Source of the DNA: a virus
Taxonomy: Duplodnaviria > Caudoviricetes
Virus record (IMG/VR): IMGVR_UViG_3300013947_000035
Location: 1 to 64,000 of that record
Reading direction: 5' to 3' (one strand)
DNA: 64,000 nt
The translations under genes and the position numbers were made by a program. Below are positions 29,092 to 38,341 of the stretch, one piece after another. Position 1 is the stretch's first letter, and each line of letters begins with the position of its first letter. The notes beneath the pieces are model-generated. The model was not told the DNA's origin and made no database searches. It worked only from the letters and a program-made list of their open reading frames with translations.

Positions 29092-30354
29092 ATGCCTAAC
29101 AGCAACATTGAACTTGTAACCAAGTATAGCACTGAGGCTTGGGATACTGTGTATAAACAAGAATCCGTTACGAGCCTTTTGGACACAAACCCCGCACTTG
29201 TCAGATTTACTGGCGCAAAGACAGTTAAAGTCGGCAAATATCAAAACGGTGGTTTGAGCAACTATTACAGAAACAACAACGCAGGCGGTCTCGGCGACAC
29301 CAGAATTCCGCAACCCGCAGGCACAGAAAAATTCGTAGGCGCATCCGACTTTGGTTATCAAAAGAGCGGTATGAGACTTGTCTGGGAAGAGTTCACGCTC
29401 AGATGTGACCGCGCGGCGGCATTTGAAGTTGAGCAATTCGATAACGAGGAAAGCGGCGGCGAGCTTGTTGGTCTCGGCGTAACCGAAATCAGCAGAACGA
29501 CAATCGTTCCCGAAGTCGACGCATATTGTTTGAGTACAATCGCAGGTTATGCACTTCCGAGCGCAGTCGTATCTGGCGATTATTCGGCAGACGGCGCGAC
29601 GCCGTTGAAAGCATTGAACGCGGCGTTCCAATATTTTGAGGAACACGAAGTCCCCGCAGACGACCAAATCGTTTTTGCATCACCCGCGTATATGAACGCA
29701 CTTCGTAACACGAAGGAAGTCACGAAATTCCTCGCGCAAGAAGACTTCACCGCAAACAAGGATATCCGCTTCAAGATTGAAAAATATGAAGGCAGAACAA
29801 TCGTTACGGTTTCCCCGCAAAGACTTCGTACGGATATTCATCTTTATGACGGCGGTTATGAATGGGAATCTGGTTCGAAAGCAATCAACTTCATCATCTG
29901 CGCAAAGAGTGCGATTATGCACGTTGTCAAATATGAGAAAGTGAAAGTTATCGGCGGCGATACCAACCTTGCGGCACGTGGCTTCGACGGCTATACCATC
30001 TTTGCAAGAATTTATCACGACGTATTCGTACCCGACAACAAGAGAGTTGCGATTTACGTCAATACCGTTTCTGAGGAGGCTGCGGCACCTGGTATGGAAC
30101 TCAATATCCAACTCACGAAGGAAAACAAGATTAAGTCGATTACGACCGTTCCTGGCAATGAACTTTGCTTCGTTGGTAAATCCACCGACACGAAGTCTGA
30201 CGGCGGTAGCGGTACGACCACAAAAGATGTTGGTGATACTCTCAGCAACTTCACTTTGGCACATATCGGCGACGCGGTTTCGGCAACGACCAAATTCTAC
30301 GCAATCGATAGCAGCAAGAAAGTCTTGGCGACCTACACTGTTACTATCGGCTAA
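29092..30354 (+). CDS. major capsid protein with C-terminal extension
   Basis: 420 aa; DRAAAFEVEQFD, IVPEVDAY, INFIIC...FARIYHDVFV patterns; follows scaffold. Confidence 0.85.
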   Translation: MPNSNIELVTKYSTEAWDTVYKQESVTSLLDTNPALVRFTGAKTVKVGKYQNGGLSNYYRNNNAGGLGDTRIPQPAGTEKFVGASDFGYQKSGMRLVWEEFTLRCDRAAAFEVEQFDNEESGGELVGLGVTEISRTTIVPEVDAYCLSTIAGYALPSAVVSGDYSADGATPLKALNAAFQYFEEHEVPADDQIVFASPAYMNALRNTKEVTKFLAQEDFTANKDIRFKIEKYEGRTIVTVSPQRLRTDIHLYDGGYEWESGSKAINFIICAKSAIMHVVKYEKVKVIGGDTNLAARGFDGYTIFARIYHDVFVPDNKRVAIYVNTVSEEAAAPGMELNIQLTKENKIKSITTVPGNELCFVGKSTDTKSDGGSGTTTKDVGDTLSNFTLAHIGDAVSATTKFYAIDSSKKVLATYTVTIG

Positions 30355-30444
30355 TAACCAAATAGCGGCGTAAACTAATCGCTTGGGGCGAATTCGATAA
30401 AGGGTTCGCCCCTTTGATTAAAAAGACGGCAAAGGAGCGCAAAT

Positions 30445-31347
30445 ATGGCGACAGAAAAAAAGATTTGGAAAGATGTCCATTCGTCCTCGGCAAAGGAAAG
30501 AAAGACACCTGAAATAGGTCAATTTGAAGAAGCGGCGGGTGGTGGTACTCCGATGGCGAAAGGTCAAAAAATTGACCACGTAGCAGATTCGCCGAAAGAA
30601 GCTGCTGAATATAGAGCGCATCATCCTGGTGCGTTGGTGAGAGTGAAACAACCGCGTGATACGGACGGACAATTCACATATAATTCTGCGAATAAGCGTG
30701 AACTCGAATACGGACCGTCACGAGGAAAGACGACGCCTCCGTTCTTGACTGGTTTCAAGGTCACGTTTGCGAAGAAGTCGGGCAAAGGCGTTGTTATCAC
30801 ACCAGACAATAAAATGTTCAAAATGCCCGATAGTATTAAGAGCAAAGACGATTTTGAAAGGGCATACATGGAATATCGCAAAAAAGGCGATAAGTTCATG
30901 GGCGTTAGTAAGGAAGGCAAGGAAATTGAAGCAGGTTCTTTGGAAGATAGAGCCATAGGACGTGGCGGAAAAGCGGGCAAGGACGTAAGAGAGGTCACTC
31001 GTGGACGTCTCGAATCGTATGTTGAATCGGCGAAGAAGATGAAGATGGCTAAGAACTTCCGCAAAAAAGCAGAAAGCACTACGCCAGCACCGACGCCGAC
31101 GCCGACATCGGCAACAACACCGTCTCCGACACCGAAAACAGAATCCACATCGCCTAAAGGCAGTGTCGATTATTCGTTGGCAAAATCCGACCCCGATAGA
31201 TTCATTGAAGAAAATATGGGCGAAATCGATAAGCTTATTCAAGAAGCGGACGCGGCTGGATACGAACTCGATGCAGACGCTATGGTTGACGCGATTGCGA
31301 GCGGCGAATTCAAAGACTTTGACGCAATTAGGGCGACTCTCAAATAA
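30445..31347 (+). CDS. putative virion-internal protein with PRDxxGQF motif and Pro/Thr linker
   Basis: QPRDTDGQFTY; TPAPTPTPT linker. Confidence 0.7.
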   Translation: MATEKKIWKDVHSSSAKERKTPEIGQFEEAAGGGTPMAKGQKIDHVADSPKEAAEYRAHHPGALVRVKQPRDTDGQFTYNSANKRELEYGPSRGKTTPPFLTGFKVTFAKKSGKGVVITPDNKMFKMPDSIKSKDDFERAYMEYRKKGDKFMGVSKEGKEIEAGSLEDRAIGRGGKAGKDVREVTRGRLESYVESAKKMKMAKNFRKKAESTTPAPTPTPTSATTPSPTPKTESTSPKGSVDYSLAKSDPDRFIEENMGEIDKLIQEADAAGYELDADAMVDAIASGEFKDFDAIRATLK

Positions 31348-31413
31348 TGGGGTGAGGACGATAGAGAGGCGAGCAATACTGTGTTTGCCTCTTTATTTTT
31401 TCAAAGGTGAGTT

Positions 31414-32613
31414 ATGGCAGAAAACAAAGACATAAAAGACGTGACCGAAGAAGTTATTAAATCGGATAATGAGAAAGGTAATCCATATCACAAGGGCAAA
31501 GGTTCACCCGAAGGCGGTCAATTCACATCAAAAGATAGTGCGGATTCGGGTAGTAGAGACGGGAAAACATTGCCTTCATTTTTGAAAAAGAAAGGTGAGG
31601 CTGTCGCTTCGGACAGCGATAAAACTCTTCCGAGTTTCTTGAAGGAAAAAGCAAAAGACGGGGAAAAGAAAAAAAGCAGACTCGACATTATTCGAGAAAG
31701 AACACAGGCACCGTCGCTTAAGAACTTCTTAAAATATAGGCAACAACGGCTCGAAAAGATGCGTAAACGGGGCGATTTTAATGCCCGCGTAGACGAACAC
31801 ACAGAAAAACTTGTCAACGAAAAAATTACAGAACTTGCAAAATCGTCGAGATTATGCTCAAATGTAAAATTGGAAAGTTTGGATTCGGTTTTGAAAACGG
31901 GGCTTAAAAATCAATTTGAGATTCAATCAAGTCGCGGTATGTATAGACCGACGGAAAGAATGAAGGCTACAAATTTGCTGTTCGGGACAGATAAGATTCA
32001 GGTTTTTGAAGACGGCGATGAAAAACACATGGGTTGGTTTGATTCTGGAACAGGGAAAATCAATCCTGAAACATTCGCATTTGAAAAGTATGGGAATCTT
32101 GAAGCCGCAGACCTAAAAACTGCTATAAAAAACACGTCTTGTTCTCATTATGGTGAAACAAAAGTCTTTTTTAAGGATTATATTAGAGATAGGACCACAT
32201 TTACTCTTAATGATTCATTGAATGAAAAAGACGAATCTCAGCCAGGTTATTTGAATAGCCCCGCAGATATAGGCGTCTGGGGGGGCGCGTGGATGAAAAA
32301 CGATAAATTGGATAGAATCAAAAAATGTAAGACATTGCACGAAGCGGCGAGCATTATGGGGTCGAGTGCTGGCTATGACGAAGCTCAAATTCACGGCGTA
32401 TTAAAGCCCGAAGATGTTGCCTATGTAAGTTTTATGTATGAGAGTGATATGAGTACATATAACGGCGTTAGGGCTATAAAAACGGCGACGGATATGGGGA
32501 TACCTGTTCTGTTCTGCGACAGTGAAGGGCAGGTAAAACGAGTAACAAACGGAAGCGAACTGACAGAGTTTTATCGCCAAATCGAGAGCGAACCATATGA
32601 AGAACAAAAATAA
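31414..32613 (+). CDS. DUF3626-like protein (possible ADP-ribosyltransferase fold) with N-terminal GNPYH..GGQFTS motif
   Basis: KNQFE...LFG...KYG.L...HYG...RTTFTLNDS...YDEAQIHG. Confidence 0.65.
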   Translation: MAENKDIKDVTEEVIKSDNEKGNPYHKGKGSPEGGQFTSKDSADSGSRDGKTLPSFLKKKGEAVASDSDKTLPSFLKEKAKDGEKKKSRLDIIRERTQAPSLKNFLKYRQQRLEKMRKRGDFNARVDEHTEKLVNEKITELAKSSRLCSNVKLESLDSVLKTGLKNQFEIQSSRGMYRPTERMKATNLLFGTDKIQVFEDGDEKHMGWFDSGTGKINPETFAFEKYGNLEAADLKTAIKNTSCSHYGETKVFFKDYIRDRTTFTLNDSLNEKDESQPGYLNSPADIGVWGGAWMKNDKLDRIKKCKTLHEAASIMGSSAGYDEAQIHGVLKPEDVAYVSFMYESDMSTYNGVRAIKTATDMGIPVLFCDSEGQVKRVTNGSELTEFYRQIESEPYEEQK

Positions 32614-32689
32614 AAATCTTAACCCCATTGACAGCAATCAGTGGGGTTTGATATTATAAAAAAACAAAAAACAGAAATGGAGGCAGAAA

Positions 32690-33016
32690 ATGAACGATTT
32701 GAAACTTGAATACGCATCGCAGGGCGAGCCTGGTAATTATAAAAATTACGTTTTTAAGACTCGTTTCGGCGATTATTATATGGCAATGAGAGCAGAAGGT
32801 AATGTTATGTTCTTGGGTAAAGAAATTTTTATAAAAGTTATGGACACTCTCACGCCTGTTACAGACGAAGATTATAACGAAAACGCAAAAGAAGCAGAAA
32901 GACTTTTGGTCGATGTTATATCAAAAAAAGATATGAAAAGAATTAAAGTGATTGTCGTGAGTAGTTTGTACCCGAATTATCAGGGTGACAAAGACAATCT
33001 TTTGTTTAGAATCTAA
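32690..33016 (+). CDS. hypothetical protein (immunity-like position)
   Basis: own TTGACA promoter at 32628; GGAGG RBS. Confidence 0.75.
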   Translation: MNDLKLEYASQGEPGNYKNYVFKTRFGDYYMAMRAEGNVMFLGKEIFIKVMDTLTPVTDEDYNENAKEAERLLVDVISKKDMKRIKVIVVSSLYPNYQGDKDNLLFRI

Positions 33017-33039
33017 AGTAAAGGAAGGGAAAACACAAT

Positions 33040-33834
33040 ATGTTAGGAGCAATTATCGGCGATATTGTGGGTTCAAGATTCGAATTCCACAATATAAAAA
33101 CAAAAAAATTTAAGTTATTCACAAAAGATTCGCGTCCTACTGACGATTCAATTATGACGGCGGCAGTTGACGATTGTTTGCTCAGAGGTTATCAAAACAA
33201 TCCCGCAGACATTGTAAACACGCTGAAGGAATGGGGCGAGGGATATCCGAATGCAGGATATGGTGCACGTTTCTATTACTGGGTGCTTGGCGATGAGACA
33301 GAGCCGTATTATAGCTACGGTAACGGAGCGGCAATGCGCGTGAGCGGTGTCGGCTGGTTCGCAAAATCTGAAGAAGAAGTAAAAATGTTGTCGAAAGCGG
33401 TTACGGAAGTGACTCATAATCATCCCGAAGGTTTGAAGGGTGCGGAAGTGACAGCTATGTGTGTATATTATGCACGAATCGGAAAGAGTAAAGAGTTCAT
33501 CCGCGATTATATTTATTCGCAATATCCCGAAACGGCGACGCTCGATTATGAAGAATTGAGAAGAACGTATTATCACGGTGAAGAAATTTGTCAGAATACG
33601 GTCCCGCAAGCATTGTTTTGCTTCTTGATTTCGGACTCGTTTGAAGATTGTTTGAGAACGACTATATCTATTGGCGGCGACTGCGATACGACGGCGGCGA
33701 TTTCGTGCGCGGTTGCGGAAGCGTTTTACGGGATTCCGCGAGATATTGTAGACGAAGCTTGGGAATATATTCCGCAAGATATAAGAAAATTGCTGACTGT
33801 TTGTTATTGGAATTATCGTACTATAAGAAAGTAA
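33040..33834 (+). CDS. ADP-ribosylglycohydrolase (DraG/ARH family)
   Basis: GAIIGDIVGS, TDDSIMT, SYGNGAAMR, THNHPEG, GGDCDTTAAI motifs. Confidence 0.93.
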   Translation: MLGAIIGDIVGSRFEFHNIKTKKFKLFTKDSRPTDDSIMTAAVDDCLLRGYQNNPADIVNTLKEWGEGYPNAGYGARFYYWVLGDETEPYYSYGNGAAMRVSGVGWFAKSEEEVKMLSKAVTEVTHNHPEGLKGAEVTAMCVYYARIGKSKEFIRDYIYSQYPETATLDYEELRRTYYHGEEICQNTVPQALFCFLISDSFEDCLRTTISIGGDCDTTAAISCAVAEAFYGIPRDIVDEAWEYIPQDIRKLLTVCYWNYRTIRK

Positions 33835-33898
33835 GAGATTGACAATCGATTTTGCCTTTTGTATAATAATCATATAAAATATTCACGAGGAATAGTAT

Positions 33899-34513
33899 AT
33901 GATTTCAAGCAATACAGAAGGCAATCGTTATCACGACGAAGATGGGAAATTTGCGAGCGCACCGAATGGCGGGGCGAAAACAGACGATAAAAAGATAAAA
34001 GCTAATACAGCGTTCAAGAAGATTGTTACGCCCTCTACGTCGACATCGCAATCGGGAACGGTAACGGCGGCAACCAACGGTCCGAGAAAAGAAAATCCCG
34101 AACTAAAAGCAAAATTGAAAGGCACGATAAATATGCTCGAAGGTTATCGTGGCAAGCCCGAAGGTACATATAATTTGTTGACGGGTGAAATGGTGAACTT
34201 GTCTGACGGTTTTATGGTGACATTTCACCAAAATGAAGCCGACGAAAACGGACATTATAAGAGCCATTTCGGAAGATATACAAGCGATGAGTATGACCAA
34301 ACCGCATATGATTTTGCTATGGATAACGATGCAGAAGTTTTCGTGGGTGTTTTTGATAATGAACCCGAAATCAGTTTCAAAGTAAAAACAAAAGCGCAAG
34401 CAAAAGCACTTGCAGAAAAGTATCACCAAGACAGTTATTGGGATAATGCGGCGGGGAAACTTAAAAAGAATAAAAAACGCGATATAAGAAAAAATCCAAT
34501 GCAAGGAGAATAA
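33899..34513 (+). CDS. putative virion protein with GNRYH..GKFAS motif and SAM-lyase-like C-terminus
   Basis: FVGVFDNEPEISFKVKTKAQAKALAEKYHQDSYW. Confidence 0.55.
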   Translation: MISSNTEGNRYHDEDGKFASAPNGGAKTDDKKIKANTAFKKIVTPSTSTSQSGTVTAATNGPRKENPELKAKLKGTINMLEGYRGKPEGTYNLLTGEMVNLSDGFMVTFHQNEADENGHYKSHFGRYTSDEYDQTAYDFAMDNDAEVFVGVFDNEPEISFKVKTKAQAKALAEKYHQDSYWDNAAGKLKKNKKRDIRKNPMQGE

Positions 34514-34517
34514 AAAA

Positions 34518-34775
34518 ATGGACGCATATGAAAGATATCTTGAATATGAAGATAAAATATATGAACTCGAAGACGCAGAGAGGTGGGATGAAGCAAAGAA
34601 ACTCGAAGACGAACAACTTGCCATTCGCAACAATGAATTCACAAGAAAAGATTGGGAACGTTTGATTGACGACGCAAAATTCGATAAGCGTGCTAAATTC
34701 GAATATACCAAAATGATGAACGCAAAATTCCCCGAAGAAGATGAGGCAATGCGTTTGTTCGGATTCAAGAAATAA
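34518..34775 (+). CDS. small acidic protein ending EAMRLFGFKK
   Basis: AAGGAG RBS. Confidence 0.75.
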   Translation: MDAYERYLEYEDKIYELEDAERWDEAKKLEDEQLAIRNNEFTRKDWERLIDDAKFDKRAKFEYTKMMNAKFPEEDEAMRLFGFKK

Positions 34776-34814
34776 GTTCTTGACAGCGTTTTGTGTTTGG
34801 TCTATACTTGAATT

Positions 34815-34988
34815 ATGGACGAAATGACAACGACAACAGAATCGACCTCGAACTCGACTTCGAATCATATTGATTTAATTTCGGCTCATTTGGCGAAATT
34901 GAAGAAAACCACAGATAGTATGCCCGAGAACGTATTAAAGTTGTTCGGGCTTTTGCCTAAAAAGAAATCAGATAAGGAAGATAAGTAA
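34815..34988 (+). CDS. 57-aa leaderless protein with KLFGL motif
   Basis: TTGACA-N17-TATACT, then ATG 6 nt later; fills the gap to the next gene; not in ORF track. Confidence 0.6.
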   Translation: MDEMTTTTESTSNSTSNHIDLISAHLAKLKKTTDSMPENVLKLFGLLPKKKSDKEDK

Positions 34989-34990
34989 CG

Positions 34991-35896
34991 ATGCCTTTCA
35001 TTGACAATATTAAGTTTAACGAAATCTTGAATGCGTCTCGTAACGGCAACGAGAAAGCGATGGCTATAATGCAGAGTATGCGCAAAGGCGGCACGCAAGA
35101 CGACATAGACCGCCTTGTAAACGCTTATTACGACATTTCGACCGTTCCTGAACAACAACAGCAACAAGCTGTTGTTGCCGCTGGAGACGAGTCTCAACCG
35201 AGCGTAGAAGCCGTTATGGACGACGTAGCGCCCCTTATACCCGAAGGCGAAGAAAACACGGGTGAAATTGACGAGTCGCTCGTGACCGAAAATGATGTAG
35301 AAGCGGATACGCAAGAAGTCGATATTTCGGATATACTCGGTAAAGAGACTGAAGGCTTGTTTGATGAAGACGAATACGAAAACGTGTCCTTTGGCGATTT
35401 CTTGAAGAATAAGAGGTCGGACGCGAACAGAGCGGTAAAGAACGCAGATTATTTCAAAGCGTTCGATATGGACGGCAGGAATAAATATGCGGACGGACTT
35501 ATCGACACTTATCGTCACAAGTTCGACGGCAATCTTCGCGACATCGAAAGAGATTACGCTGACAAGAATCAAGCGATTGCGGGATATACACAATCCGTGA
35601 ACGATATGCTCGACGACGATATCGAATTTGCGTCGGATTCGGCAACGAAAGCGTACAATGATTTGATTGACAACGACTCGGCAATGAGTGCTTTCGGTCG
35701 CTATTGGGATTCTGACGACACCAGCGCGGTTTTAAGCACACTTCAAGAGTTGGTAGGTCAATACGGTAAGGCAAACGTTATCGCGGCTCTAAACGTCATT
35801 AAAGGCGATAACGACGCGCATAGGGATTATCTCAACAACTCGGTCGACGCGAATATAAGCAAGTATTCGAAAGCGGTCGATAAAATACTTCGGTGA
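34991..35896 (+). CDS. acidic putative virion protein
   Basis: 301-aa D/E-rich ORF in the structural region. Confidence 0.75.
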   Translation: MPFIDNIKFNEILNASRNGNEKAMAIMQSMRKGGTQDDIDRLVNAYYDISTVPEQQQQQAVVAAGDESQPSVEAVMDDVAPLIPEGEENTGEIDESLVTENDVEADTQEVDISDILGKETEGLFDEDEYENVSFGDFLKNKRSDANRAVKNADYFKAFDMDGRNKYADGLIDTYRHKFDGNLRDIERDYADKNQAIAGYTQSVNDMLDDDIEFASDSATKAYNDLIDNDSAMSAFGRYWDSDDTSAVLSTLQELVGQYGKANVIAALNVIKGDNDAHRDYLNNSVDANISKYSKAVDKILR

Positions 35897-36176
35897 AAAT
35901 TTGGCTTTTGGGTGTTTTTAAGCCATAGTGGTATACTCCTCCTGGAAAAACTCACAATATGTTGTGGGTTTTTTCATTTTTTGCTTGATTTTTCCACAAA
36001 TGTATACTATTATAATGATAGCAGGTATGCGCATTCTTGTGTATATTTGTGTTTTCCCTTTGCGTGCGGGCTTGGTTAATATCCGAGTCCGTGCTATTTT
36101 TTTAGGAAGTTTTTGATAAAGGGTTGAAATTTGCGGATTAGTATTGTACAATTATGTTTATAAGCGAGGTGCGAAT

Positions 36177-36581
36177 TTGGCGAACGTGAGTTTATTGCCA
36201 GCAAGTCTCGAATCTTCGAGCAATGATGTAGGCATTGAAAGTCTAAAACAGAGTTTGGCAAGAATCTTGGCAGACGAATTTCGTAATGAATTCAGGACCA
36301 TACATTTTTCGGGTCAGTTGCTAAAAAGCATAAAGGTATCGAGAGATGATTCGGGCAATTATATGATTAGAATACCCCCTCAGATATACGATATCGCGTT
36401 TTATCGCAGGTATAAAGTCATAAAAAACATAAGCACTGACAGCTATGCGATTGACGTAAATCTTGGGGGCGGATTCAGTGGATTGCATAAAGACTACATA
36501 CAAAAGTGCCTTAGCATTGCAATACAAAAATGGGCGGCACAAAACAATATAAAATATAAAATAGACGCAAAGGTGAATTAA
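36177..36581 (+). CDS. putative neck/tail-completion protein
   Basis: GAGGT RBS before TTG; SGQLLKSI motif typical of gp10-like neck proteins. Confidence 0.5.
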   Translation: MANVSLLPASLESSSNDVGIESLKQSLARILADEFRNEFRTIHFSGQLLKSIKVSRDDSGNYMIRIPPQIYDIAFYRRYKVIKNISTDSYAIDVNLGGGFSGLHKDYIQKCLSIAIQKWAAQNNIKYKIDAKVN

Positions 36582-36582
36582 T

Positions 36583-37716
36583 ATGGCAACAGACGACGTG
36601 CAAAAACTAAATCTCGACGATATTTTGACTTTGATTCAAGGTCAGTTGCTCGAATATATGAATTCGGAAGAAAATTATGAGACTTACAAGAATCTCAAAA
36701 TATACTTATCGAAAGAGCAACAATTCATAAAGTTAAAAGATAAGGACCCGAACGCATTATATATTGTGGTCCGTTTCGGCGCGGCAGATGTCATATTCGG
36801 ACAAACGGTATTGCCCGCGAGTATAATTGCACTCGGTCCTCAAAATAAGCTTGATATTGTGCAATCATTGTTCTTTGAGTATGTGCAAAAATATAATCAG
36901 GCGCGTGCTTTGAATGATACAGTACAACAATTTTACGATTCGCCTGAGATTCTGGAAAACTTCAACCAATTATATGAAGGCTATCGCAATACGCTTTCGA
37001 TGTCGGCTGCATTCGTTATCGGCACGAATGCGAATAATTATACCGTTTATTATTATTATAATGAGAACGGTCATACTTATGCGGACGAAGTGCCTATCAT
37101 TTCGACTTCCTTTGCTTATGTGGCGAATCCAGATACGCAAGCGTTTTATAATTCAAACGATTTTACCAAGAGCGTTATAGGTTTTGGTGGTGTTACCGTA
37201 GGATTCTCGACTTTTGTTTTGTCCGATAACAGACTAATAAACGATATCTTGGATGTGTTCGGTTGCGTAGACGGTAGCGAAAACGCGCCTTATGTTTATC
37301 TTTTGGGCGATTACACATCTAAATTCCAACTTGATAAAGGTATATATCCAACAGACACGGCTATAAGGGAAACTCTCAAAGCTCAAAAAAACGAAAAAGG
37401 AGAAGCTTTGTATCCTGAAAGTATGTGGGATAATTTGTCGGTAATAGCCCAAAAAGATGATACGCTTTGGCGATATGAAGACAAAATATGGGTTGAAAAA
37501 AATCAACTAAAAAAAGTCCCGACACTTAGCAAATATCCAGAAACGAATCAAGATGCAAAGAAGAATGTCGAATCACCTGTTGATAAGACATTCCGACTTG
37601 GAATCAAATTTAGAGACGGGAAGCACGCAAGAATGGGGAATTATAAACTTGTGAATATGACGAGTTCACAAGAATTAGAACAAATACCTACAATAGCAGT
37701 AGCATTCGTGGAGTAA
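36583..37716 (+). CDS. tail structural protein
   Basis: position and size; no firm family motif. Confidence 0.6.
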   Translation: MATDDVQKLNLDDILTLIQGQLLEYMNSEENYETYKNLKIYLSKEQQFIKLKDKDPNALYIVVRFGAADVIFGQTVLPASIIALGPQNKLDIVQSLFFEYVQKYNQARALNDTVQQFYDSPEILENFNQLYEGYRNTLSMSAAFVIGTNANNYTVYYYYNENGHTYADEVPIISTSFAYVANPDTQAFYNSNDFTKSVIGFGGVTVGFSTFVLSDNRLINDILDVFGCVDGSENAPYVYLLGDYTSKFQLDKGIYPTDTAIRETLKAQKNEKGEALYPESMWDNLSVIAQKDDTLWRYEDKIWVEKNQLKKVPTLSKYPETNQDAKKNVESPVDKTFRLGIKFRDGKHARMGNYKLVNMTSSQELEQIPTIAVAFVE

Positions 37717-37719
37717 TAT

Positions 37720-38340
37720 ATGGCAAACGGCGATATTAAAATAACAATTATCGGCGGCGGTGACGGAAGTGGCGGCAGTGACGGCGGTGGGCGTAAGAAA
37801 AAAGAAAAAACGTCTGCTGATATGATGCTCGACAGTATCAAAAAACTTCTGCACCCCGTCCAAACTGCAAAATCAGTTGCAGAAGAATCGGCGATAAATG
37901 TTCTTGGCGGTAGTGGGAAATCTGCAATGGTTGTCGGATTAAGCGCCAAAATTGTTGCTGATGTCGCGCAAGAAGCATATTCTATTGCGATGATGGAACA
38001 CAATAGATATTTTACACTTCGTGAAGATTATATCGGTCAAAACAAAATGAATGCGATTCAAACGCAGATAGGTACGGCGAAATCTTTGTTGTCTTCTATC
38101 GTAGGAGGAGCAATAGCAGGCGCAGCTATTGGAACATCGTCAGCAAATCCTTTGGGTGTTGCAGTTGGCGCCGTCGTAGGTGGTGTTACAAGCGGTGTAA
38201 AAGCTGGTCTGAATCTGAGAGTACAACGCGACCAAAAAATTGAACAATATAATATGCAACTTAATGCAACAAACGCGCAGACGCAGTTTATGGCTTCACG
38301 AGCGAGTCTCGTAAATGGTGGTAGAGGAACGGAATATTAA
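37720..38340 (+). CDS. very short tape-measure-like protein
   Basis: Gly/Ala-rich hydrophobic GGAIAGAAIG segment; precedes the large tail gene. Confidence 0.5.
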   Translation: MANGDIKITIIGGGDGSGGSDGGGRKKKEKTSADMMLDSIKKLLHPVQTAKSVAEESAINVLGGSGKSAMVVGLSAKIVADVAQEAYSIAMMEHNRYFTLREDYIGQNKMNAIQTQIGTAKSLLSSIVGGAIAGAAIGTSSANPLGVAVGAVVGGVTSGVKAGLNLRVQRDQKIEQYNMQLNATNAQTQFMASRASLVNGGRGTEY

Positions 38341-38341
38341 T

